This document shows positions 40,995 to 55,121 of a stretch of DNA of 64,000 nucleotides, in pieces. The translations under genes were made by a program, and so were the position numbers. Every line of letters begins with the position of its first letter. Positions within the stretch are counted from its first letter, which is position 1. Source of the DNA: Mytilus californianus (lineage: Eukaryota); NCBI RefSeq assembly GCF_021869535.1, contig NW_026262666.1, forward strand, positions 7,192,001 to 7,256,000, written 5' to 3'. The notes beneath the pieces are model-generated. The model saw only the letters and a list, made by a program, of their open reading frames with translations, ran no database searches and was not told the origin of the DNA.

Positions 40995-41046
40995 ATGAAA
41001 GCTGTGATTCTTTTGTTTGCCTTATTATACTTCGTGGCTGTGGAAG
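40995..41046 (+). CDS. Signal-peptide exon MKAVILLFALLYFVAVE(G) of an unidentified secreted protein
   Basis: Acceptor atatcttttacag at ~40961, ATG in aaacATGa context, basic n-region and hydrophobic h-region, and a phase-1 donor GTAACA. A probable 5'UTR exon lies at ~40180-40213 (tttgcag...gtaagt). Confidence 0.6.
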
Positions 41047-43974
41047 GTAACAACTCTTTATCGTCGTAATAGTTTTAAAAGCTAAACATATGATTTATGT
41101 ATCTTGTTCTACATTTATAACAATTTATGATCTTGCATCCTGTCTATATTTGTAAGTTGTATTTTTGCATTGTACAATGCTTTTCTAACTGTACATTCGT
41201 TGTAGGTGTACTGATTCATTTCTATTCTAGGAAAAAAATGGTAAATTGGATATGTATTTGTTGTAATAGGTCTTAAGGAGGCTTACAGTAATTGCAAGTA
41301 CTCGTAGATTAGATCGGTTCGACTTATATTCTATTATTTTGTTAGTTGTTTGTGTAATTGATACCGATGTTATTAGCTCTGTTAATCCAATGTTCCAAGT
41401 GAAAGGAGGGTTGAGTGCTCACTATCACTACATTGATTACCGCATTGATATTTTACTCACATTATTCCTCATTTGTCGTATTTGGTTTTCGTTGTCTTAT
41501 TGCACATATAAATGTTATTATCTCTTTTGTCATTACAAAAAGCAAAACATACAATTTTTTTTTCTAAGTGATTATGACAAAAACGCAGAGAAAATTAATT
41601 GTTTAACCATTCTTTTTTTGAGTGTTTATAACACAGTTGTTTTTTCATTCAAAACAATCATAGTTTATTTGCGATTTGAATGCAAAAGACATAGTTTCAT
41701 GCATGGATTGTCTCCAGTATTCAATAAAAAGGACATATACATGTTTAGTGTGTGCGAAAATCAAGGCGACAGCAGTTAACCAATGTTCTAATACCGTATA
41801 TAGACTAGAAAGTGACAAATCGAGATAAAAAAAAAACAACTTAGGAAATCGCATGAACTCAAAAGAAGGTGCAAAAAATAGAAAGTTAACAATTGGAATG
41901 TTGCAAAATAAGTACCAATTGCACTAACGACTGTCTGCTGAAATATTATATCTTTACAACATAAATGGACACTTAATTTTCATAAATGAACACTTTCAAT
42001 TTCTATACATATATTTCTTCGCATTAAATTTAACAGTAATTATAAAGAAAACAAAGCATCTACCTCAGTGTCTTTTGGAATTTAATTTCGTTTTGCATTT
42101 TCAATAAAAAAAATAATCATATTTGATGCTCACCAATTTACACATAGTTGCTGATGCTGATTATGGCTGTCCATTTAGGAAGATAAAATGTCATGCCCAT
42201 TGCTTAGCTATTAGATGCGGGGGACAATTCTGTTAGCAAACCGCAGTTCTATGTATTATGTAAGCATACATTTTTGAAAGTTTTGTATATCACTTGTCTT
42301 TCAACAAGTATTTTTCAATAAAAATTCAAATTAAATTAAAGCCCGCTCGTGGTCAGTGTCCGATCAAGGAGAACAGTGACCGGAACAATGAAATATAACA
42401 ACTGCATTATTACTCTTAAATATTTGTTAAATTTGTTAAAAATATCACGAAAATAATTGATTGTGATATTAAAAAAAAAAGATGGACACTTGTTTGATTC
42501 GTGAAAAAAAAGAAACACACACACACAGATACATTGGATATGGCTTACAAATTCACAATTTTTGTCTATGACTTTTGTCTTTATTCCGTTTATTTATTTC
42601 TATTAGACATTTTGCTTGAAAACATTGTCGATAATGCATATTGTATAATACGTTATTTTTATTGACGTTTGTGTATTTACATAAATTTTTTTATCACTTT
42701 GACATACATTCAAATAGTTTCTTATGTTGTAAGATGATTGACAGAATTGATATACAGAAGTGCTGTTCCAGTTTATATAATCAAAACTATTTATAGCTAA
42801 ATTATTCTTAATTATTCAATACTGTATCAATTAAAATGATACCCACGGTGATTTCCTTAATTGAAGAATATCAAACAATGTTAAAGCATACGTATTAAAT
42901 ACTAATCTTTTACATTTTTCTGACTAGTTTAATTATATATTGTTACACAGGTTTAATGAATTACCCTGGTTTCCCAGTGAAACAAAAAAAAAACACAATA
43001 ATTTCACGTGTTAATTAAATCTGAAAATATTACTCCTCTGACGCCATACAACATTACACAACAATGTCAAGACGTTGTCGTGGACGTTGCATCAAAATAA
43101 TGACAAGTGCGAAAAAAAAAGATACAGTTCCATTCATTTTCTACTTTATTTCAATTTAAAAGTCCATGGTCAATGCAATTGATAGAATAACTAATCCAAA
43201 AATCAAGATCTTGGAGAAAAAAATCTACTCGTTACCAAACAACAATTATAATGAACGCATGCACTAGGCGCATTCAATAATTCATCTGCTGTTCGGTCAC
43301 TAGTTTAAAACTTGTCTATATTTCAAATCTAAGACTATCTTTTCTATACCTATTTCTATAGCGCAACACACAGTTTTATTTAGATATATAAGATGCATTC
43401 ACAAAGGTCTTATAAGTGCTTCATTTTTTTTTGTCTGCTTATAAGAAGCATGAAATTTTGAGCTCCAAAATTTAAACTCATAATTTGTTTTAAAATAAGC
43501 ATAACTTTTTGAGAAAAAAAACCAACAACCCCCCCCCCCCCCCCAAAAAAAAATAAATAAAAAAAAACATACAACAATTTAACACAGAAAACTAATGATT
43601 GAGTAACGCCTACATTAAATTGGAAAAGGCGCATTCAAACAGTCGTTGGATAGCTTGCTTATCATGCTTATCAGTAGAAACAATCAATCCCAAAAATCTT
43701 GAAAAGGTTTTAAATATTACAATTACCAATGATAGACAAATACTCTATATGAACAATGTAAAAACATAAAAAATCAAAAATCATATCTCTTAGCATAAGT
43801 ATGATTACTGGTCGTCTCTCACTGCTTTTTAGGCTAGATAAGTCAAGATATGATTTTATTTTATATACATAATGCATTACACAGATAGCACGAATGACAA
43901 ACACAAATTAACAGTACAAAAATCCGCATCGACCACTTACAGCCCTTGGATGGTGTAAACTTCCCAAAATAACG

Positions 43975-44125
43975 TGTATGGTGTAATGGTGTATGGCATA
44001 TGGTGCAATGGTAGAAGGTGTATGGTGCTATGGTGTATGGTGTAAGGGGAATGGTGTAATGGTGTATGAGGAATGGTGTGATTGTGTAACGTGCGATCGG
44101 GAATGGTGTGAATGAATGGTGTACG
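43975..44125. repeat. Degenerate (TGGTGTA)n simple repeat
   Basis: Direct reading of the sequence. Confidence 0.9.
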
Positions 44126-45059
44126 ACATTTCATTGGTTGAAACCGAAGTTCATTTTATTTTAATTTTTCGGATTGTAAACATAAACAATAATAATAATC
44201 CTATTGTTCTTTTTTCCCAGTAAAGCAAATTACTTTACTCGTTAGACTCTATGTCATATATATTTAATATACACATATTAAAAAATCTTTTTTTTTCATA
44301 TTCTTATTTACATTAAACAATGGCTTTAAAATTACACACTTGTGATCACATGCAGTTATCATAAAAGAAAGGATTTTATTTAAACTAGAAGGCGGATAGA
44401 AAGGTTATCCACGCATCGGAACAGTATTTTTATATCACGGGTTATCAACATCATTTTTAAAGTTGCTTCGTTCCCCACTTTTGACAGTCTCTTTATAAAT
44501 ATCTTATCGTCATTCACCTATGTTTGCCTTGGATTTACGATTCTGTTTTCCAAAAAATGTTCAAAGGAAAATTGTACAGTGTTATTGCACATAAGGTGTT
44601 GTATAATTATGAACAATCTCGTCAATTTCGTTAGATTTGTCTTTACGGATTATAAATGATATCTTGAACGTCCGAAAAAATATACTTATGTGAAACGGAA
44701 TGAAATATTTGCCACTTGATATTTAGCCACCAACAAAATCAACCAACCGACATAATATACTAACAGTATACTTTTCCTAGAAGAGAACTTCTCATACTTT
44801 TCATTATAAAGTACAAATGAAATCTGTCATGTCAGTCACTCTGTTGGATGATGAGGTGGAATAGTTTTATTATACAAGCCATCCTGAACTACTGAGTTTA
44901 AATCATCACACCTCAGCAAGCACGGCTAATTTATGCGCAGACCAACCCATCACACAATAGCCCAAAAGGAATCTGTGATGTACCCGTCCATATTCAAGTC
45001 ATGGAAGTGGGAAATACAGATACTGATACCGACTTTAGTGACAGTTTTATATAACGAAT

Positions 45060-48000
45060 ACAGAGATGAAATGCTGGCACTCTAAATTAAAGCGGACAAG
45101 ATTTTGTTATCATTGTATTGCAATGTTGCTGTCATTTGTATTATACAATCCATCCTGACATCAAAATATTGCTGATTTACTATGCGGCTGCCGCTATATA
45201 GATTTACATAATAAAGTGCAAATATGGTCAGTTTTGTTTGATACTTTAAAATAGTTTTGTTATACGAGTCAGCCTGAGGTATCAAAACTACTGAAATTTT
45301 CTTGCGAGACAATATTTTGAATAAAAAGAGGACATGCTGGCTATCTAGATTGATGGGGACAAATTTTTGTTGTCATTGTATTGCAATGTTACTGTCATTT
45401 GTATTATACAATCCATCCTCACATCAAAATATTGCTGATTTACTTTGCGGCTATATGCTGATTTACTATGCGGCTATATAGATTTACATACATGACATAA
45501 TAAAGTGCTAATATGATCAGTTTTGGCTCATGCTTTAAAATAATTTTGTTATACAAGTCAGCCTGAGGTATCAAAACTACTAAAATTTTCATGCGAGACA
45601 ATATTTTGAATAAAAAGAGGACATGCTGGCTATCTACATGTAGATTGATGGGGACAAATTTTTGTTGTCATTGTGTTGCAATGTTGCTGTCATTTAATTT
45701 GTATAATGCAATCCATTCTGACATCAAAATGTTGTTGTTTACTATGTGGCTATATAGATTTACATAATAAAGTGCAAATATGGTCAGTTTTGGTTGATTC
45801 GTTTAAATAATTTTGTTATACGAGTCAGCCTGAGGTATCAAAACTACTGAAATTTTGTTGCGAGACAATATTTTGAATAAAAAGAGGACATGCTGGCTAT
45901 CTAGATTGATGGGTACAAATTGTTGTTGTCATTGTATTGCAATGTTGCTGTCATTTGTATTATACAATCCATCCTGACATCAAAATATTGCTGATTTACT
46001 ATGTGGCTATATAGATATACATAATAATGTGCAAATATGGTCAGTTTTTGTTGATGCGTTTAAATAATTTTGTTATACTAGTCAGCCTTAGGTATTAAAA
46101 TTACTGAAATTTTGTTGCGAGACAATATTTTGAATAAAAAGAGGACATGCTGGCAATCTAAATTGATGGGGATAATTTTTGTTGTCATTGTGTTGCAATG
46201 TTGCTGTCATTTGTATTACACAATTCATTCTGACAATAAAATATAGCTGCTTTACTATGTGGCTATATAGATATACATAATATTAAAAGTACAAATATGG
46301 TTAGTTTTGGTTGATGCTGTAAAATAATTTTGTTATACAAGTCAGCCTGAGGTATCAAAACTACTGAAATTTTCTTAAGAAACAATATTTTGAATAAAAA
46401 GAGGACATGCTGGCTATCTAGATTGATGGGGACAATTTTTTGTTGTCATTGTATTGCAATGTTGCTGTCATTTGTATTATACAATCCATCCTGACATCAA
46501 AATATTGCTGATTTACTATGTGGCTATATAGATATACATAATAATGTGCAAATATGGTCAGTTTTTGTTGATTCGTTTAAATAATTTTGTTATACGAGTC
46601 AGCCTGAGGTATCAAAACTACTGAAATTTTGTTGCGAGACAATATTTTGAATAAAAAGAGGACATGCTGGCTATCTAGATTGATGGGTACAAATTGTTGT
46701 TGTCATTGTATTGCAATGTTGCTGTCATTTGTATTATACAATCCATCCTGACATCAAAATATTGCTGATTTACTATGTGGCTATATAGATATACATAATA
46801 ATGTGCAAATATGGTCAGTTTTTGTTGATGCGTTTAAATAATTTTGTTATACTAGTCAGCCGTAGGTATCAAAATTACTGAAATTTTGTTGCGAGACAAT
46901 ATTTTGAATAAAAAGAGGACATGCTGGCAATCTAAATTGATGGGGATAATTTTTGATGTCATTGTGTTGCAAGTTTGCTGTCATTTGTATTATACAATCC
47001 ATTCTGACAATAAAATGTAGCTGCTTTACTATGTGGCTATAAAGATATACATAATATTAAAAGTGCAAATATGGTCAGTTTTGGTTGATGCTGTAAAATA
47101 ATTTTGTAATACAAGTCAGCCTGAGGTATCAAAACTACTGAAATTTTCTTACGAGACAATATTTTGAATAAAAAGAGGACATGCTGGCTATCTAGATTGA
47201 TGGGGACAAATTTTTGTTGTCATTGTATTGCAATGTTGCTGTCATTTGTATTATACAATCCATCCTGACATCAAAATATTGCTGATTTACTATGCGGCTA
47301 TATAGATTTACATAATAAAGTGCAAATATGGTCAGTTTTGGTTGATACTTTAAAATAGTTTTGTTATATGAGTCAGCCTGAGGTATCAAAACTACTGAAA
47401 TTTTTTTGCGACACAATATTTTGAATAAAAAGAGGACATGCTGGCAATCTAGATTGATGGGGACAAATTTTTGTTGTCATTGTGTTGCAATGTTGCTGTC
47501 ATTTGTATTATGCAATCCATTCTGACAACAAAATATTGCTGATTTACTATGTGGCTATATAGATTGACATAATAAAATGCAAATATGGTCAGTTTTGGTT
47601 GATTTGTTTAAATAATTTTGTTATACGAGTCAGCCTTAGGTATCAAAACTACTGAAATTTTGTTGCGTCACAATATTTTGAATGAAAAGAGGACATGCTG
47701 GCTATCTAGATTGATGGGAATAAATTTTGTTGTCATTGTATTGCAATGTTGCTGTCATTTGTATTATACAATCCATCCTGACATCAAAATATTGCTGATT
47801 TACTATGTGGCTATATAGATATACATAATAATGTGCAAATATGGTCAGTTTTTGTTGATGCGTTTCAATAATTTTGTTATACAAGTCAGCCTGAAGTATT
47901 AAAACTACTGAAATTTTCTTACCAGACAATATTTTGAATAAAAAGAGGACATGCTGGCTATCTAGATTGATGGGGACAAATTTTTGTTGCCATTGTATTG

Positions 48001-48980
48001 CAATGTTGCTGTCATTTGTATTATACAATCCATCCTGACATCAAAATATTGCTGATTTACTATGCGGCTATATAGATATACATAATAAAGTGCAAATATG
48101 GTCAGTTTTTGTTGATGCGTTTAAATAATTTTGTTATACTAGTCAGCCTTAGGTATCAAAATTACTGAAAAATTGTTGCGAGACCATATTCTAATTAAAA
48201 AGAGGACATGCTGGCTATCTAAATTGATGGGTATATTTTTTGTCGTCATTGTGTTGCAATGTTGCTGTCATTTGTATTATACAATCCATTCTGACATCAA
48301 AATATTGCTGATTTACTATGAGGCTATATAGATTTACATGATAAAGTGCAAATATGGTCAGTTTTGGTTGATGCTTTAAAATAATTTTGTTATAAGCGTC
48401 AGCCTGAGGTATCAAAACTACTGAAATTTTCTTGCGAGACAATATTTTGAATAAAAGAGGTCATGCTGGCTATCTAGATTGATCAGGACAAATTTTTGTT
48501 GTCATTGTATTGCACTGTTGCTGTCATTTGTGTTATACAATCCATCCTGACAACAAGATATTGCTGATTTACTATGTGGCTTTATAGATATACATAATAA
48601 AGTGCAAATATGGTCAGTTTTTGTTGATACGTTCAAATAATTTTGTTATACGAGTCAACCTGAGGTATCAAAACTACTGAAATTTTGTTGCGAGACAATA
48701 TATTGAATAAAAAGAGGACATGCTGGCAATCTAGATTGATGGGGACAAATTTTTGTCATTGTACATGTTGTTTTGCAATGTTGCTGTCATTTGTATTATA
48801 CAATCCACCCTGATATCAAAATATTGCTGATTTGCTATGCGGCTATATAGATCTATATAATAAAGTGAAAATATAATGGTCAGTTTTGGTTGATGAGTTA
48901 AATAATTTTGTTATATGAGTCAGCCTGAGGTATCAAAATTACTGAAATTTTGTAGCGAGACAATATTTTTAATAAAAGGA
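45060..48980. repeat. Satellite array, ~257-bp monomer, ~15 copies
   Basis: The gaggacatgctggc anchor occurs at 45328, 45617, 45884, 46141, 46401, 46658, 46915, 47175, 47432, 47689, 47945, 48202, 48457 and 48714. A further partial copy lies at ~49063-49150. Confidence 0.97.
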
Positions 48981-49514
48981 GGGCAAAAATATTTCCAAAT
49001 TTTTTAACCCTATATAAATTAACACGTTGACACACTCCCCATTTCCATTCTCAATTTTATAATTATAAGTGCAAATATGGTCAGTTTTGGTTGATGCTTA
49101 AAATAATTTTGTTGTACATGTTGTACATGTACCAGTCATCCTGAAGTATTCATTTTTGGCATTGTTTGTCGATTTTATCTGAAAACCAAATTTATAAGAT
49201 TTACCATTCATGTTAAAACCGATAATAATAGCATTGTAACCAATATCGTTTTTAATTTATAGATAGGCAGATCGCGGATAAATTTGCATTACAAGCAAAG
49301 TTTTATGCGTACTTTATTTACAAATACATGTATATATATTTAATCTGTATTGATTATATAACCATCATAGGCATGACCACGGAGATTTTAATTTTATACA
49401 TTAATTTACAATATTGTGATCAAAATTCGTTTTTTAAATCAAATAAATAATTTTGTAGTCGCACGCTTTCTTTGAAATTTAATTGCATTATGGGTAATTT
49501 CGGATCGTGTAGAT

Positions 49515-49641
49515 AGAATGGGGAATGGTGTATGGTGTAATGTGTAAGGTGTATGGTGCAAAGGTGTAACGTGTATGGTGTAATGGCACAAGGTGTATGG
49601 TGTAATGGTGTATGGTGAATGGTGTAATGGTGTATGGTGTG
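49515..49641. repeat. Degenerate (TGGTGTA)n simple repeat
   Basis: Direct reading; on the same strand as the 44-kb tract. Confidence 0.9.
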
Positions 49642-52600
49642 AGTGGGAAGTTTACACCATCCAAGGACTGTATATCCAACCCCTCATAAAAACATACCAG
49701 GAGACATGTAACAACAAACAAAACACTGTGTCCAGATAGAAAGACTTGGTTAAATCACATGTACTGGGTTTTAATTTACATCGTATGCATCAGTAGTTAA
49801 CTTATGTTCAAATATATCAGAAATCGTTAAATAAGACAAATCAAATAAAAGATGAAAAATAATAAAAAAAAACGAAAAAAAATTGAACAATTGGAATCGT
49901 ATGAACCTAATAAAAAGGAGCAAGACGGGATTCGCAAATGTTATAACCAGTCAAAGTGTAATAATCTAACGCTGTCGCAAGAATTAAAAATCAGACGAAT
50001 CGTCCTGTATCTAAAGCTAAAAGAACATATGTCATAAACTAAACTATTTATGAAAATCGACAGAAAATCAATATATAATGGATTACATGCAAAATAGATA
50101 ACGAAACCAAGCTAGTACATGATCACTAGAATGACATTCAAGAGGTTGATTTGCACAAGGAAATGTCTGTACAAAGTCAGGAATATGACAATGTTTTTGC
50201 ATTGGTTTGATGTGTTTGAGCTTTTGATTTTGCCATTTAATACATGACTTTCCGTTTTGAATTTTCCTTGGAGTTCGGTAATTTTTTTTATTTTACTTTT
50301 TTGTTTAGAGTATATTTTACATTATTTGTTCTTCCGTTTATCTTGGATCTTTAATCTATTGCCGATAGCTGTTTATAGTATATGAGATCGAATATACAGA
50401 ACTGACACTAAAGTATAATGTGATATAAAAGCTAGTTATTATTAAGTACAAAAAAATAGTACCGATAACGTACAATTATTGTTTATTATATTTGCTTCAT
50501 GATTAATAACCAACATAATTAAAGAATTGTTGAATTTCTCGTGGCTATTGTATCATAACAACAATCAAATTCCCAACAGGCCAAATACCAAATTATTCAA
50601 TAAAATATAGTTATGTCTTTGCTTGTTTCAGTAAAGCGTCAACTAGCACTGAAGAGATTGTAACTGATCACCTTAATCAGATAAATTTCGCCATGAATAT
50701 TAATTGTTTATATATGTTGCACCATATCTCCATCCTTTATAGGCCACAATGAATCAGAATATGATTATTCAAAGCCATGACAATTTATGTAAAGACTGCA
50801 TAAAAAATCTGCAATTATAAAATTATTTTGGCAGCAAACAATTTTTTTTCGGTAGAGTGTGATGGTTTTAAGGTTCTGTGTTGTCCTTGTAACCAGTCAA
50901 AAGTTTTCTGAAATTTTAAACAGCGTGTCAAAATCAACTGATTGTTTAAATTCGTTCCCTTTAATTGCGTATCACGTAAGTGCAAGAAATAGATATATTC
51001 GCAGCAAAAGGTTTAATATGTCGCTTGTAACAATTAAAGCTTAAAAAGGGAGATATACCAAACAATTATCAGTTCAATATATAAATTGAATTTCTATTTA
51101 TTGAAATTCGTTAACTAGAAATTGTATCGCATCTACTTATCTACTTTTGGAAGTCCGTGCAATATTTTGAGTATATATAGAGTTGTTTAATCAGTTGATC
51201 TATATTTGCCGTCGTTTTACCTTCAATGTTTCTAAGATGTAGATAAAGGTTGCTGGTTGTGTGTAACATGTACACAATTTAATTGTGCGGACGCGCATGA
51301 TACAACACATGTTATTTGAATTCAGTGCATAACTATTTTTTGTTGAAAATATATCTAAATTTAGACAACAGTTGTTTAAGGATGTACAAATATAATAAAT
51401 ACAATTAGAAAAACATGTACAAATCAAGGTTATATACATAAAATAGGGAACTGAATGAACTGCAAATGGAGCAAATGGATGTGTCGACAGGGTAAGCGTC
51501 TCCTGCCATGCATGAGTTGTCGATACGACTAAAAACAATATTTTCCATTGACAAATGTTACAATTTAAAACGACAGTGTCATGTATTTTGTAGATTCTCA
51601 ATCTTAAATCCCAAAGGTATATACATGAAACTGAAATTAGTTTTTCATTATGTAAACTTTATAGTGATAATCACTCCATAGTGTCGAATATTTCATTTCT
51701 AATCTGCGTATATAGGGAGAGCTCTCGTGATATTTATTACTGAACTTTTTCAAATTATTCACCATCTACCCATAGCGAAAGACTACATATTAAAATATTG
51801 TATTGGTCTATTCCAAAGTTATATGATATATCGTAATACATTTTGATTTAAACAAAATATGTTTTGTTGAAATGACGTGTGGATTCTTGACCTACTTCAA
51901 GTTAAATATTTTTACCAATGAAATTACGCAATTCAAATGACTTTCAGTCCTAATGTTGAGTTTCTATAGTGCACTAATATTTTCATAAATAAGGTTACCA
52001 TGTTTAGAAATTGAAAGATTATTAAGTCTGAAGGAATATTTGTAATCGTTGTTGCAGGATCATCATTGAATATATGTATTAAGCTCGACACATTACCAAC
52101 AGCAAGGTAAACCTAACATTATAATATTTGTTCCAAGTTTTTTTTTACATAAGTAATGCTGTATCGACATACAAAAAGGAAAATTAAGCACCAAGTCTAC
52201 AATGTACTTGTGTTGCTAAATAGATGAAAAAGATGCCGACGGGATATGTAAACTCTAAAACAAACTGACAATGTCATGGCAAAATATGTAAATTTCTAAA
52301 AGACAAACAACATTTTACAATACACAACATACAATCACTTTACAATACACAACATACAATACTTTAGACTGATCCCTACTACCCTCCCAAAAAAGCAAAC
52401 CACCCGCAAAAACCGGGGATGATATCAGGTAACGCGAAAGGTGAGCCGAACCTGTTCCAGATGTGGCAAACATAGAATTGCTCATATAAGTACTACACCG
52501 ATGATAAGTCTAATTCGGTAGACTTTTCTCCTAATTCCGAATTTCCAAAACGTTTTAATAATTTGTTTGGATCTCACCTTGTGAAGGTTTCCGTTGAAAT

Positions 52601-54376
52601 ATGTTCGACATGAAGGGAAAACGTTCAAGGGAAATTAAAAAGGGTGAATAAGTCTGAACTATGCTAGTAATGAACTGAAACAACAACTAATAGAAATAAG
52701 AAAATAACATAAAAAAACGTTATTTAAGGTTGATAACTACTGAAAGGGGTGAACATTTTGGGCGTATATATGATTTTGCTGATTAATTCACTAGTAGCAA
52801 GATTTCAGTCTGAAACGGTCATTTTGGTCTGATCAAGTCTTAATCGATTGGATTTACCGCTAGAGAAAAACGTCAAGGCTTTTTCAGACTTTCAGACTCT
52901 GTCATGATATACTGTGTTTAGTCCGTTTAGTCATGTCAAGATAAACAAGAAAAAATTTGCTTGCATCCGATTACGAATTGATCAGATCATGTTCAGATCA
53001 AATCAGACCAAAGGTTAAAAATTCTGTTTAGATTTTGTAAGATCGTGTTCAGTCGTGTTAAGATTTAAAATAATCGCATGCAAAACGGGCGTAGTATAAT
53101 AACAGACAAACAATAATACACATGACACAACATAGAAAACTAAAGAATAAGCAACACGAACCCCGCCAAAAACTAGGGGTGATCTCAGGTGCTCCGGAAG
53201 GGTAAGCAGATCCTGCTCCACATGTGGCACCCGTCGTGTTGCTTATGTGATAACAAATCCGGTAAATAGTATAATTCGGTAAATGTACATGTAAAATCTA
53301 TGCTCAAAATTTATGAACTGTATATATACAAGCAAATACATACATACTATTAGTCTAATCGAGTGTTCTTTCAATAAACTATTATGATGAAATAAAGATG
53401 TGGGGTGAATGAACATGCAAACATTGTGCAGAATGTATCTTTGTTTCAAATAAAAAAATACTTGGCATGAGTAAAGTTTAATCCTGTCCAGTACTATAGA
53501 CAAAATTTCATATAGCTTTTCATTGCATATCAATCATGTGCACCTAGGTGCTGTCCAAGCATTGTGAAATTCGGAAAGAAATCGGTTATCTAAATTCAGA
53601 ATAATTTATCCTGTTGGAAACTATCGTAGGCGATGAAAACAAATTTAGACCGACACGACTTAACGCGAATTGTATTGTTGCTCTCTACAAGTATAGACAA
53701 TTACTATATTGTACTAAAACAAGTGTCCGGCGTCGATGTAATGTCAAAAGAAAAAAAGTAACATAATATGTCTGAAACGGAACTTATTAGTTGTATTTTG
53801 TAAATGCAATCAATCATGATTGTTTTCTACGTTGCATTTGACATGTTTAAAAAAAATAACATCGATGGCAAATCTTTAACTTTTCTGTTAACTGTTAGCC
53901 TCTATTATATATCACATCAGAGATTTAAACATGATCTTATTTTCCACCCAGTTTTATTAAAGCTTGATGTTTGGAAAGATTTCTGAGTAATATTTATATG
54001 GTGTTATTCTACCTGTCAAATTATTTGATGCCATCTGGCACTGACATTTCTGTGATTCTATAAATGAATACAGTGTTGATATGTGAATTTAATCATCATT
54101 TATTTTGTGTTTGTTTCCTGGTTTATATTAGGATTGTATAGAGTCTCATCATACATCAAGGCTTAAAACTTTTGAATACTGAATATCATGGCACTGACAT
54201 TTCTGTGATTCTATAAATAAGTAAATATGTTAATATTTGAAATTTAATCATCCTTTAGTTATTCTTTTTCTAGGAATAGATTACCTTAGCCGTATCTGGC
54301 ACAACTATTTGGCATTTTTGGTCTTCAATGCTCTTTAACTTTGCACTTGTTTGGCTTATAACTTTTTTGATCTGAA

Positions 54377-54418
54377 CGTCACTGATGAGTCTTATGAAGA
54401 CGAAAAACGCGTCTGGCG
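54377..54418 (+). ncRNA. Minimal type I hammerhead ribozyme, copy 1
   Basis: CGUCA-CUGAUGA-GUC(uuaugaa)GAC-GAAA-aacgcg-UC-UGGCG. Core, stem I and stem II are intact. The stem III palindrome is degenerate. Confidence 0.8.
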
Positions 54419-54727
54419 TATTAAATTATAATCCTGGTACCTTTGATAACTATTTACACCACTGGGTCGATGCCACTGCTGGTGGACGTTTCGTCCCCGA
54501 GGGTATCACCAGCCCAGTAGTCAGCACTTCGGTGTTGCCATGAATATCAATTATATGATCATTTTTATAAATTTCCTGTTACAAAACATTAAATTTTTTG
54601 GAAGCTAAGGAATTCTTATCCCAGGAATAGATTACCTTAGCCGTATTTGGCACAACCTTTTGGAATTTTTGGTTTTCAATGCTCTTCAACTTTGTACTTG
54701 TTTGGCCTATATCTTTTTTGATCTGAG

Positions 54728-54769
54728 CATCACGGATGAGTCTTATGTAGACGAAACGGCCGCCTGGCG
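54728..54769 (+). ncRNA. Minimal type I hammerhead ribozyme, copy 2 (core mutated)
   Basis: CAUCA-CGGAUGA-GUC(uuaugua)GAC-GAAA-CGGCCG-CC-UGGCG. CUGA is changed to CGGA and the GUC cleavage triplet to GCC. Confidence 0.7.
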
Positions 54770-55079
54770 TATTAAATTATAATTCTGGTACCTTTGATAA
54801 CTAATTACACCACTGGGTCGATGCCACTGCTGGTGGACGTTTTGTCCCCGATGGTATCACTAGCCCAGTAGTCAGCACTTCGGTGTTGACATGAATATCA
54901 ATTATATGATCATTTTTATAAATTTCCTGTTACAAAACATTAATTTTTTGCGAAACTAAGGAATTTCTCATCCCAGGAATAGATTACCTTAGCCGTATTT
55001 GGCATAACTTTTTGGAATTTTTGGTTTTCAATGCTCTTCAACTTTGTACTTGTATGGCTTATCATTTTGTTGATCTGAG

Positions 55080-55121
55080 CGTCACTGAGGAGTCTTTTGA
55101 AGACGAAACGGCTGTCTGGCG
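55080..55121 (+). ncRNA. Minimal type I hammerhead ribozyme, copy 3
   Basis: CGUCA-CUGAGGA-GUC(uuuugaa)GAC-GAAA-CGGCUG-UC-UGGCG. Fits the CUGANGA/GAAA core with a GUC cleavage triplet. Confidence 0.8.

Larger units (their letters stand above)
43940..49670. mobile_element. TIR-bounded segment with TA flanks (Tc1/mariner-like non-autonomous) enclosing a satellite array
   Basis: Left TIR cagcccttggatggtgtaaacttccca (43940-43966) and right TIR (49644-49670) match at 26/27 positions. TA lies on both outer sides, and TGGTG-rich repeats lie just inside each TIR. Confidence 0.6.

Noticed and set aside
45082-48442. Several similar minus-strand ORFs (MSRKKISVVLIPQAD...)
   Set aside because: These are by-products of the satellite monomer; most copies are interrupted.
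45060-48980. Possible CRISPR-like array
   Set aside because: The monomers are homologous along their whole length with no unique spacers, and the context is eukaryotic. It is a satellite.
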